The translations under genes and the position numbers were made by a program. A stretch of 64,000 nucleotides of DNA, taken from Balanoglossus misakiensis. Taxonomy: Eukaryota > Animalia > Hemichordata. Under the pieces are notes generated by a model. The model searched no databases. It saw only the letters and a program-made list of their open reading frames with translations, and was not told where the DNA came from. The stretch covers positions 10,456,390-10,520,389 of the forward strand of contig CM082580.2 in the NCBI GenBank assembly GCA_040954595.2, given 5' to 3'. Shown here one piece after another: positions 47,801-59,742 of this stretch. Positions within the stretch are counted from its first letter, which is position 1, and every line of letters starts with the position of its first letter.

Positions 47801-50605
47801 TGGCGAGAATTTCATCTGAAATATTGATGTGCCTGGGTGTTTGAACGCCAACGTGGCGTCAGCGCTCGCTTGTAAACGTGGCGAGGTGAAATTGTTCATG
47901 TAGACGGTATAGGCCTACCTCTACTTGCTGGCTGCAACCAGAACAGTCCTACCTACGACGGGAGGGAAAGTAGGTTGCTTACCTTCGCTCCTGGCGACAG
48001 GTTATAAATAATCCCCTCCTTCAGCGCGGTGCAGCGCGTACTCACTCCGGTATTATCGGTCATATGAAAACGCAATTGACAGACACTTCAAATTTATTTC
48101 CTGAAGTGAAGTCTAAATTTATGAGTGGCTGGGTCCAATTAGTAATAGAAAAAAAGAGGCCTGGCCTTTCCTAGCTCCGCGGCAACCACATCGCATGGCA
48201 GTTTGTGTTTGCTTAAAAAGCGTTTCTTCTCAGTGGCTATATACAATGTAGATCTACCGGAGAACCAAATGATATGTGGGGCGATCAATTTTTTTGTTAA
48301 TCGCTCGACAGACCGCGACCGTTATTGGTATGCATGCACTTCTAATTACACTATTATAGCTGTCGTGAAGCACAAAAATTAATGACAACGTAATGATCTC
48401 TTGAGAGGGCAGCCGGCCGTGATCTACGTATCAATCTTGTCGGATGTTGAGAGATTTGCTCCCTGACGGTTTTCCTCCTCCTCAGTGTTGCATCTCTCAT
48501 TTGGTCGGATCATTTCTCGTGGTTTACGCATCAGTCATTGTTGAAAGTGCGCATGACGGATGTATGAACGTATCTGTTTTGCACCTTACTAAGATCAGCA
48601 CAATCATTGTCGCTGCCATGCCGGGAGTTAAGGAGATGATCAGAACTGTGTCATCATGTCATGTCAGTCCAAGGAAGGGTCGTGTTGGCTTCGTACCGAG
48701 GAAAAAAGACTTCATCCTGGGAGGTTCTTTTTCCACATCCATCCGACCAGATATGTATTTGCAAAACTTACGGAAATGAGGCGCAACCGCTTCAATTGTA
48801 TGGCTTAATAGGGGTAACTCAAAGAATATGAAAGAACATGTAAGAAGATATATGAAGTAAGTCAAAAAGTGTAAAAACATGTTTCGAACCACGGGGCTTT
48901 AATATGTAGTTGCTCTGACTGGGTAACCAATCTTTAATATGGCGAGCACAACCATCATTCAATTCCCGCGAACCGTATCCGTTGCGCTGCTTGCTGTTGC
49001 ACGACCCGGCAACTTTCGAGGGGTCCGTGCGACATTTTTAGAAACCTGGTTGACAGCAAAGTCTATACTTTTACCCTGGAACTTCAAAAATAAACTCACT
49101 TAAGCACCCCGGATATTTTCCTCTTAAATCGTGGTACCCGAATCCCAATTAGTCGCCGGAAACACGTTCGGCTGCAAACATGACAACGTTGCAATTTTTG
49201 GACAGTTTTACTGCGGTTGGTTAAATAACACTTACAGTTGAGTAAACGCCGAGGGTCAAGATTAACGAGATATTATGCAGTACAACGTTTACTACATTAT
49301 ATCAATGTAAATTAATTTAATTAATTCAATTAAATACATTTTTATAGAACCGCTATGAATAGAATTGTAAATTGTTATGCCACTGTATATTGCGAATGAT
49401 TTCGCGATCTTGCTAAGATAAATATACAACAGTTAGCAAGTTATGAACTTTTGCGCATAGTCCCATCAATTCAGCCAGGCCTAATTCCCGCAAACGCTGC
49501 CCGAGTTCTAGATTTGCAGCGAGCTCTCTCAAGGCGCGCGGTGTTTGAACTCTGGCACAAAAGATGATCACTGGTCGGATTTAAATTGTCACCAATTCCA
49601 GATTTAAGTCCGTGATCTCTAACGGGACGGGTTTGATGACACATGTCGTTGTAAAAGTCATGCCAAGTCTCTACAGTCAAAGGCTCAGCTAGCTCGTCAG
49701 TCTTAGTCTACATCTGCTCCAAATGTCACATACCTGCTCCGACAGTCACTCACCCGTGCAAAAAAATAACTATAGTCTGTTCGTGCCTAATTAAGCCCGT
49801 TCCCTACGCGGATTCGCAAAATGTGTGCACGAGTTCCTATCTCTGATAGAAAATCTTGCAGAAACCGTCGAGGAAAGCTCTGTAATTCCCTCAACGTCGG
49901 AGAGAGAAAAAAATAATCCCCATGCGGCATCGCGCCGACATGATGTATATCTCACGCCTGGCCTTTGCTGCACAGAAAGCGAAAGCTAATTTCGGAGCGG
50001 TGAGTCCCTATTTCCGGCCACATTAACAACTCTAGGGTCATTTTCCTCTTGCCTGTAAGTGTATAATTTTGTTCCTGTAATGAAACTCGCTCCCGGGTGA
50101 CTCGTTCGCCTCTTTAATTAACATGAAAAGTGGCGAGACTCGCTGTCACTGACTAATCCAAACTGCCGGGATGATGTTGCTAAGTGACACGATTGCTCTG
50201 TTTCTTCCCTTGACCAACGCCGCTGGGTGATGTCTTGACAACGACATGAGTGACTATCTTTCGTGTATTGGTGTATGTCGACTAACCGTCAGTGCATTTT
50301 ACACATGACACACTATTTTGTGAGCGTTTTATTCCTCTGCAGTGAAGTAACGATAAAAAAGTACAAATATTTAATACGGTATAAGCACACACATTATGCA
50401 GCATCAAATGTATGGCCTCACGCACATACTTGTAAAATATACAAATACGAACAGATCTATACACAGCTGACTGGTGATAATTATGAAGGCAAGTAAAAAC
50501 ACGCGAATGTAGTAATGTTAATTTTGTGTAAAACTAAAGCTCATGCACGATTCACATTGAGACTGATGGTGCATGTTCGTGATATTACACGCTATCGCGG
50601 AGTCA

Positions 50606-52342
50606 CTACAGGAATTTGTACGGCACCTTCAGCAAACCGCACCTGACAGGCTGTTGTTTCAAGTTCAAGAGCGGCTTCGGCGCCGGCTTCAATGTCTTCC
50701 ACCGGCGGCTGGCCACGTTGAACACGAAGCATTCGCACCTTCCCTGTTCGCAGAGCGGTTCCGTGCACCCTCCGAACACGTAGACGTCTTTGCCCACCAC
50801 ACACGACGCCACACAGCTGGCTTTGGACGGCACCCTCGTCGGCAGCTCGTCCATGTCTTGCCATCCGTTGCGACTGGTGTTGAATTTGGCGAACACGCTG
50901 TGGAAGTTTGTCACGCACGCCTCTACCCCGTCGACTGGGATCCACGTCAAAGCCCAGAGCGGGCTGGTCGCTGATGGGAGGGGAGCTAGCGTTGACCAGC
51001 TCTTGTCGACAGTGTCGTATCTCTTGGTCTGACCCCCGTCGCCGCCAACCAGGTACACGTAGTTGTTGTCATGGGACTGCGCTAGTGACGGGTGAATATG
51101 CAACCTCATAGGAGCAACGTACTGCCACTCGTCTTTTTCTGGATCGTACGCTTGCAGCATTGCGCCATCGTGGGCGATCCGCATGCTAAAGATGTACAAC
51201 AGGCCGTTGCAGGCCACGGCGCAGTGTCCCCAGGCGGGCGACAACATCTCCCGCAAGCGCGTCCACGAATTCGTCAGCGGGTCGTAGCAGTGGACATCAC
51301 TGCTGACGTCGCGATTTTCGCCACCGACGACGTACAGGCGACCGTTCAGCACGGCTGACGAATGGCTTCTGATGACACCCGGCAAGGATGCGAGCTCGAC
51401 CCAGCGATCCTCTCCGATGACGTAGCCGAGGGTCGCGGCGGGGTTTTCCGAAGTAACCACGACTACGTCGAAAAGCGTCCCCGGTCTCGGGTGAAATTGA
51501 GGGTCGTGCAGCGATTTGGAAAGGCTCGTTTCTCTCCTCACGGTGTACATGTACAGATACGGCAGACACTTTGCAATTATCTCCCTGCAGTAAGGACTCT
51601 GCGCAACGATGGACTCGCTTTCTATAGATTCTTTGATGTATTTCATGTCTAGCTGAAAGAGCCTGACCGCTGACATCAGGCGGGGCAAATAGTTTTGTCG
51701 CCATAACAAATTATACTTGACCCACTTAATAACCAACTCAAAGATGCACGACTCGTTCGGCAAAATGATTTCGGGGTCAGAGACAAGACTCAACAGTCCT
51801 TCGACTGAGAGATTTAACACCTCTTCCGACATGACAACGTTTTCGAAGTCTCGTCTAATGATGACGTTCGCAGCGTCTTGCAACTCCTCCAAATAGTATC
51901 TGTTGGCGATTTCTCGAAAGCCGACACAGTTGCTGTGATCTAGGTTGTCCCGTAAATAATCGGCACAGCGGGCTTTTAATTCTGACATGAGGAGATGGTC
52001 GGCACCCAGGATGACATCTTCGACATTGTCCGCGGTTATGTTCATGGTGCCCGAGTACATGTAGTCGAGAATTTGACCCATCGCCGAGGCAGATGTGCAA
52101 GAGACAGTTACGATGTCTTGGTAACTTTCTCGAAGTCCGCTGCAAAACATAGCCTCGAAATACGGACTGTTCGCAGCCAGAATGTTGCGATGCGCGTGAA
52201 AATCGCGGCTTTCGACACGGACCGTTACATCACAGAAAAGACTGTTTGACCTCTGCACCTGAAGCCTTTCCAGCAGGTGTTTTCCGTGATCATAATCGGA
52301 AAAAGGCGCAGTTTTTACGTCCTTCGTATCCAAAGACGCCAT
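50606..52342 (-). CDS. BTB-BACK-Kelch protein, single coding exon, 578 aa (possibly KLHL11-like)
   Basis: BTB FCDVTVRV..FHAHRNILAANSPYFEAMF, BACK domain, and kelch repeats (GRLYVVGG, YDPLTNSW, DVYVFGG). GYVIGEDRWVEL recalls KLHL11 GYFVDEDRWVNL, but orthology is not certain. Confidence 0.88.
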   Translation of the reverse strand: MASLDTKDVKTAPFSDYDHGKHLLERLQVQRSNSLFCDVTVRVESRDFHAHRNILAANSPYFEAMFCSGLRESYQDIVTVSCTSASAMGQILDYMYSGTMNITADNVEDVILGADHLLMSELKARCADYLRDNLDHSNCVGFREIANRYYLEELQDAANVIIRRDFENVVMSEEVLNLSVEGLLSLVSDPEIILPNESCIFELVIKWVKYNLLWRQNYLPRLMSAVRLFQLDMKYIKESIESESIVAQSPYCREIIAKCLPYLYMYTVRRETSLSKSLHDPQFHPRPGTLFDVVVVTSENPAATLGYVIGEDRWVELASLPGVIRSHSSAVLNGRLYVVGGENRDVSSDVHCYDPLTNSWTRLREMLSPAWGHCAVACNGLLYIFSMRIAHDGAMLQAYDPEKDEWQYVAPMRLHIHPSLAQSHDNNYVYLVGGDGGQTKRYDTVDKSWSTLAPLPSATSPLWALTWIPVDGVEACVTNFHSVFAKFNTSRNGWQDMDELPTRVPSKASCVASCVVGKDVYVFGGCTEPLCEQGRCECFVFNVASRRWKTLKPAPKPLLNLKQQPVRCGLLKVPYKFL

Positions 52343-52756
52343 TTTGGATTACATCATTTGTTTTGGTCTGAAAACGAGGCTTGACAGAAGGACCACGCAA
52401 GCAAGTGGTATTTGATGCCCAACTCTGGAACGACCCCCTATGTCTTGAAATATTCTTTCGCGAGGAGAGAAGTGGTAAAATGCACTTGTTATCGGCATCA
52501 AAAAGTAATTGTTTCTATTCTAAGCTCATTCAATTCAGACCCACAGGAAAATCGTGACTTATAATATCATATGGAAGGGTGTTTTCCACCTAAATGGGCA
52601 TATGGTCGATGTTTCCCATATGGTCAGTAGTCACCTCTAATTCAATGTCCACAGTTAAATAAATACACCACCAGCACATAATTTAGAAAAAAAAAATAAT
52701 TTTATTCGGAATTCGTTACATAAGTTAAGGTCTCTGAATGAAATACATTCAATAAT

Positions 52757-55502
52757 TCATTTTCTCTTTCTTTGCTCTCTTTTGCTGCTCTTGGTGGGCT
52801 TCCTCTTCTTTGCCGGACTCCGCCTGGATTCCTTCTTCCCATCATGCCCTTCGTTGACCTCTGGCTCCTCTATGAACAGAACAGGCATGCTCAGGTTCGA
52901 TTCCTGCGACTCGCTGACCTCTGCTGGTTCTTTGGTCGAACTGATTTCTGGAATAAAACAAGGATGGGAAAGAAGCGATCATTACTTTATCTACCAACCT
53001 ATTACGGTGCCATGAAAATGATGCATATTGGTGGTCTGTTCCTTTTTTTTTTTTTATTACCACCGATGTTGTTTACATTACTCTAACAGAGCTAGGTGAA
53101 TGGAAAATGCCTGAGGAAATAAAATTTGTGAAGTCACGATGCAGTATTTTCATGCAACCATGAAATGTGGCCAATAACAGTGTTGTTCACCACACAATAC
53201 CTTGTGTTTCAACTTCATTCTGTGAAGATGCTTCCCTGTCGGTTGACGAGCCTTCAATCTTCCCCTTCCGCCTCGATCTTCCTTTCCTCTTTGTTGGTGA
53301 TTTCTTGGCAGACTCTGTTTTCTGCTGTCGGTACCTTCGGGATCTTGATGCCTTGAAAAATACAGTCACAGTGTCAAAGCATTTGCATCAATTATTATTT
53401 TTTGAGATATTTTGCCACATTTCTGCAAAAAATGTGGGACAATTGGCATACATGGGCGGCGGACATTTTGTGGAGTAAAACCTCACTAAAGCACAAGAAA
53501 GCATTGGGTGGGGGGGGGGGGGTAAGGGGGGAATTTGCTGTTTTTATTCACCTTTCCAACATTGGAGTAAGCGTTTTTCTTAATTTCGGCAATTTTCCTC
53601 TTGCGGGACGAACTGGCATCTTCCGGCTCCCACTCGGCATCTGAATCACTGTCCTCGGTTCCCCTGGTTACCATTTTCTTCTTTCCGCACCTCGCTTCTC
53701 GTCTTTTCTTCCTCCACTCTTCATGTTCTCCTATGATTCTATGGTTGATAGATTTGGGGAGAGAGAAAAAGATTGGAATAGTATATGGTTATTCACAAAA
53801 TATAGCTGTAGGGCTGGCCTCATTGAAAAGTTTTGTCATTTAAGTTTTACTATTTAAACTTTAAAACTGATATTTGGAGACATCATATAGTCTTTAGGTA
53901 AAGGTCTTAGCATTTACTTTGAAATGACAACAGCCATGGATTCTGGAACCATATCCAGGGATCGACTGGGAACATCACTGCCAGATATTATGCATTTCAT
54001 TCTCTGGTACTCAGTATGCAGATTGTCCATTTGCTGAAAGAGACAAAAATTAAAACTTGAGTTTAGTGATTTTATATCACAAATTATGAGGGGTAAATTT
54101 CAGCATTATTAACATCAAAGGTCTGAGATGTTCAGGAGCATATGAACTTTGTGTTTTTCTTCTGCTCCCCAACGACCTACACTTACTTCCAAAGATTCTC
54201 CTTCCAAAACGTCCGACAGAACACTTGGTTGGTCCAGGGTCGAGTCCTTCTCATCATCTCCTGTCCTGACACTTCTGCTGGGAATGACCTGAAAGATGAA
54301 AGATTAAAGTTCACAAGGTCACCTCGGATTTGACATTGTATGTGTCACCAGAAAATAACTCACTCTGATGACAAAATTATAAAAAATAGCAATAGAATGT
54401 CAGTATGATGAATGTCAGCTCTGTGCTAAAAAGTGCTTGAAACCACCAAGTTCTCTGGAAACTCACCTTTGTTGGCATGGCAACAAATAAGAATGCCTTG
54501 TCCATCCTTAGGCGTCTGAAGACGTACTCCACGTCGTAGTGATTCTGTTTTCGCACTTCATCATGAAATGCCCTGACACTCTGCCACTGCTTGAGTGTTA
54601 CACGAATCTGACGGGAATTTCAGGTTAGAAAAAAAAGTGGTAAATTATCAGATTTTACATCAAACTTCTGACGTCATTTTTTTATTTCTGTGGCAAGATG
54701 GTCATAGGAGAATGTCACCTTGGGGACCTACCTTGATTCTTGGCGTGTGTGTTTGTGTGTAGAAGAAGGCATACAGTAAATACAGGGCCCCAACTCTGAC
54801 TTGAAAACCGTACGGCGGCAAGAAAAACGCAGTCACCACTTGAAATGTCTCCTCCAAAAACTGCAAAAAATGAACCCTGACGGAATTAGATTAGGGACAG
54901 ACCGTGGGTGTATCCAGGGGGGCTGATTGGTTGATGCATGATGTTTTCTGTCTAATTTCTAGGACTTTTCGTATCCCAACACAATTGAGTTTGCACTATT
55001 AAGTAGTCTTACGAAAACACGTATATTAAAAGTCATATGACATGCAAAGTTCTACTTACAATTTTCTCGTCCACCTTATCTTTAAGACCACTGAAAAGAA
55101 AAATAGACAAATAGTTCCATTTTAAAAACGCAATTTTAATTTGATGGGCATCGTTGAACCATGGAGCTAGGGAGTATTAGAGAAACGCGCAATATCACAT
55201 GCACACTAACTTAGGCAGGCGTCTGATCATGCATGTTCACCTGGTCTCAACCCGGAAGTGTTCCCCACAGAAGATGAACACACGACCACCGACCACGGAG
55301 CTCGTGCTGTGAAAAGCAGTGAGAGACGCAAAACTTTGCAGCATATTTACCAGCGCAGCAGGGTGAAATTCATCTTCCTCCACAAACTGGCAAACTGGTC
55401 ATATCGCACGCTCTCCGTTTCCACAAAACTGTGCAGGAGCCTCTGACAATCGTGACTGATCCCGATGCTGACAGTCGACGGAGCATTGCTCGTCATCGCC
55501 AT
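52757..55502 (-). CDS. SNAPC1: snRNA-activating protein complex subunit 1 (SNAP43), multi-exon
   Basis: Spliced - strand exons give DCQRLLHSFVETESVRYDQFASLWRKMNF, FFLPPYGFQVRVGALYLLY and IRVTLKQW...HYDVEYVFRRLRMDKAFLFVAMP, matching the recalled SNAPC1 N-terminal domain. The acidic/basic tail contains LSMPV. AATAAA on the - strand near 52701-52706. The 3' exon boundaries are approximate. Confidence 0.9.
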
Positions 55503-56453
55503 GTTTGCGGTTCTCAAACTCAAGCGCCTTGGACGTCACACGTGAAGATCGAAGGGCTTTGTTGCTGAACCACCTGTTTTTTCTATGCGGTCAGCAAGGA
55601 CTGAACCGGGGCACTGACTGACGTCCAAACGACGATCATCAGCTGGTGTTCGGCCAGCTGACTGATTACATTTCCCGCGGCAAGCGAAAGCGCCCTCACA
55701 CAACGAAAAGGTAAGTTCCTTTCTTTGCCAACTCCATTTCAGAAGTTTATCGGTTTAATTCTTATTCATCACTCCCATGTTGATTTAAGCATATCTTTAG
55801 TGACATACATTGTCTTTTCTTTAGACAAAGTTATGCTTGTCTGCGGGTGAATCATACTTTGTTTTCACTCCGATACTTTGTTGTATCCTGAACCATCGCG
55901 ACGGACCGTGGCAAGCTTGTCAAGGAGTGCGCTGTATTCTTTGCTTTGAACATTGACGTAACAAGTGTTTCGGTCACCGTTATTTAGGGATGCAGCGTTG
56001 CGGACAGTCACAGATTAGTGAGTTGGTAGAAGGCCAATTGTCACGTGAATTCAAGTGGCGACTTTTCTGTAATGCGTGCTACTCGCAGTTGCCATACTGT
56101 GCTAGCATGCTACATACCCAGAAAAGTTCCACGACGCAAAAGTATGACCTTAGACACGAAGACAAATAGACGCACCCCTGTCTCTGACACAAAACATCGG
56201 CCGCGCGTGATCGAGGTTGGCAATACTAGTTTAAACCACGATGTTGTGACCACAACCCCATGTTTAAGATTTATTAGTGGGAGGAAATGTTTTCAATAGA
56301 CAAGCAAACAAAAATCACGCAATTTCTAATTTTATTGGGTATTGTTTAACACTACTTAAAGCAAACAATCGAGCGAGGGCGTGAACAGAGGTGGAAGACT
56401 TCGGTCGCAGGCTCTGAAATCTGTTTGCAGATAATATAATATATGTAGTTAAT
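55503..56453. promoter_or_regulatory. Divergent promoter region between SNAPC1 and tyrosinase, with E-box/M-box-like motifs
   Basis: GACGTCA plus CACGTG at 55532-55544, and TCACGTGA at 56041-56048. Probable 5'UTR intron 55711 (AAG|GTAAGT) to 56430 (TTTGCAG). Confidence 0.45.
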
Positions 56454-59222
56454 ATGTTGCGAAGGACTCCCAGTTACATTTTTGCGTTATTCTCACTTCT
56501 TGCTCTGATTTCGCCAGCCAGGGCTCTCTTCCCCAAGGCGTGCGTTTCCAGGGAGAATCTATCGTCCAAGGAATGTTGTCCGATACCGACAGGACTTACC
56601 GAACGATGCGGAGGGGCGGGAAGGGGTCACTGCGTCGGGCTGCGGCCGCTGGTAAACGACCCCGTTGAAGTTTTTGGTGGCGATTTGGATCGTTTCCAGT
56701 GGCCGACGACATTTTTCAACAGAGGCTGTCAATGTGAAGGTGAGGTTCGACCTTTTTCCAAACTTTTTCCTGGAATAAATGTGACAGTTCAAGTTCCATA
56801 CGCTGCTTTATACTATGTTAATTTTCCAGGAAATTTCGACGGCGCAGACTGCACTTCCTGCAAGTTTGGTTGGACGGGTAAGAATTGCGACCGGCGGAAA
56901 ACGAGGACGAGGCGCAATATCTTGACGATGCCCAAGGAAGACGTCGACAAGTTCACCACTTATCTGAACAAAGCCAAGGACACGGTGAGCGACTACATGA
57001 TCCCGACAAAACTGTACAGAGATATGGACGAAGGGAGATCCCCGCAGTTCAACGAAATCAACGTGTATGACGAATTCAGCTGGTACCACTACTACGCAGC
57101 CAGGGAGAACTTGGGCGAAGTCGAAGCGAACAAAGCCGTGGAGTCCGTCGCGTTTGCCAACTTCTCCCACGAAGGACCGGCTCTGCTCACTTGGCACAGG
57201 GCATATCTGCTGTTGTGGGAAAAAGCACTGCGACAGGTTGGCGTCTTTCCTTGTCATTGCTCTGCGAATAGTTCCAATATATTACATGTAAAAGTCTATA
57301 TGAAGGATTAGAATAATTGGCTTCTGAGTTCAACAGTGAACAAGACGAGAAAACTGCAACGGAAGCATCTCATTACGCTTCTTGTGTATTTTAGGTGTCG
57401 GGTGATGATGACTTCGCGATTCCGTACTGGGACTGGGCCGATGACCCGAGCTGCAGCGTGTGCACCGACGAGTACGTTGGCGGGAGCGACGCCTCCAACG
57501 GCCACGCGATAACCGGTCCGTTCAGCGGCTGGCGAGTTCTCTGTCACGATTCTGCAGATCTGGCCAGACGAGGAGAACTCTGTAGTTATGATGGAGACGT
57601 GTCGAACCTGCCGCTCGTGACACGCAACCCAGGAGGAGGAGGCGAGCATCCGGACTCTCATCTCTTGCAGCTGCCTGACTCCCTGTATTACGCCCTTAGT
57701 GTCAGGAACTATGACAACGTTCCAAAGGATTATGACCATCTCACTAACAGTTGGAAGGAATCTCCACACAGCTTCCGGAACATTCTCGAAGGTGGGTGGA
57801 AATCTGGTGATGGTAAATCGCTAACATCGAGCTATGTTTTCCGGTAGAAAGTGCTTCATCGTCATAAAACTTTTTTGCATAAATACATGTAATGTTTACC
57901 TGCATGGTATCAACATTGGAGCTGATTTTCACCATTTTAAAATCGTTTACCCATTTCCAAAGGATTTGCAGATTCTGAAAATAGGACCGGCCTCTATGGG
58001 GAAGACGTGAACCAACTGCACAACCAAGTCCACAGATACATGAACGGTACTATGTCCTCTGTGCCAGTATCATCGAACGATCCAATATTTCTCCTTCATC
58101 ACGCCTTTGTCGACAAAATCTTTGAGAAGTGGCTACGAAGGTATTGCATTGTATTGTATTTATTGTATTGTATTAAGTGCAGTGTTGAGTTGTATTGCGT
58201 ACTAGTATTATATGGATTTGTAGTACGTCTGCGAAATTCAGCTTCGGTACGTGCTTTTGTGTGTGTATATGTGTGTGTGCACGCGTGCGCCAAGTTGCGC
58301 ATGCATGAAGCTCACATAATGTCAACACATTCCTGCTTGGTGTCAGTTTTTGTGTGTGTTCATGTTCATGAGGGAAAAGCCGAACTATATAACTGAAAAT
58401 GGAATGTTTTCCTTTCATTTTTCCGTAAAGGCACGATGTGTCACGTGACGAGTTTCCCAGCAAGTCCAGTCCGACGGGACACAACCGTTATTCCTATCTT
58501 GTCCCTTTCTATCCTGTGTACACCAACGAGTACTTCTTTCAGCGATCGGACGGACTGGGGTACACCTATGATGACATTAGTGAACGAGGTAAGAAGTAGC
58601 GAAGCCTGCAATAACGCTTTCACTGTGTACTGTGTTTTTAATTTTAGTAAAAACATATGCAGACGCCTAGATGCTATTGGAATATTGCCTGTTCTATATT
58701 TACAAAACGTAGCACTCAGATACACCGGTCCCCACTGAATTTGCTCCACGTACATTGTTTACTTTTTTTCACAGGCCTTCCACTGGACCCTATCGAACGT
58801 GATGGGGAATTGGCAGCCCTTCACCAAATGGGAAAATTTGAAACATTTGCTCCATCAACCAGCAGTTCTAACGGTAAGTCTAGGAATGAAAGATGGCCGC
58901 CGACGTTGCTGTGATTGGGCAGCATTAGATCGATGACATAGCTGACATGTAATAGGCCAACATTGAATGACGTAAGCTTACGTGTGATAGAGCACCATTG
59001 GACGTCATTTCCGTGCCATATAAACAAACTGGAAATCTGGTGACCTCCCCCTCCCACTCTTTCTTTCCATACAAAACAGATTCGTCCGTCGCGGTGCGTG
59101 CAATCTTGGCTGCAGTCTTTGGTATTGTGCTAACAGTCGGACTCGTATACATTATTCGCCGTCGCTACCTGAACAAGAAAGTGGGTTATACGAGGCTGAC
59201 ATCCTCGAACCAGGCTGACTAG
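56454..59222 (+). CDS. TYR: Membrane-anchored tyrosinase (type-3 copper protein, TYR/TYRP/DCT family), 7 exons
   Basis: Exons 56454-56739, 56830-57236, 57395-57791, 57963-58140, 58431-58588, 58775-58873 and 59080-59222. Signal peptide and FPKAC..KECCP Cys-rich domain. Cu[17 protein letters not shown]. Cu[28 protein letters not shown] has the TYR-type HH rather than the TYRP1/DCT LH. C-terminal TM segment. Confidence 0.88.
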
Positions 59223-59742
59223 CCGAGCACCGAGGATTTCGAAGACACAATGTGTTTCATACAAATAATCACGATTTTAACACAATTGTCTACTGCAGAT
59301 TGTCTCTCGTGTTTTCAAGCTACTGTACAGCAAACGTCATGTTATTTTTCACGTATCCCGACATGCATCTCTTCCTTGGCAACCCAAGTATGCGCACGTA
59401 ATATCTTCTCATTTCCCCCATCAAGTAACTCATTGACAGAGAAATGTTTTCTCTTTTTTGACTAAAGCTCGGTAACATACCAGCCCGAAATACGCCGAGT
59501 CGTGACTGGCCTATTAAGATAACACTTCGCTTTAGCTTATGGCCTTCAAAATTTAAATTCACTTTATTCCCCATAGAGGCCGGTCCTATTTACAGTATAA
59601 AAGAAGTTTTCTTATCCCTCGAGTAAAACATGTATCGTTCTGGTATACATGTGATCTTTTTCTTCCTTCACTTAGAGTAGTTCTAGAAAAAGATAGCGGG
59701 TCCTTAAATATTTTGAAAGTTGAATACACGGCGATCCGAGGT

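Noticed and set aside
58440-58449. Perfect CLEAR palindrome GTCACGTGAC
   Set aside because: Inside a tyrosinase coding exon and far from the promoter; chance is likely.
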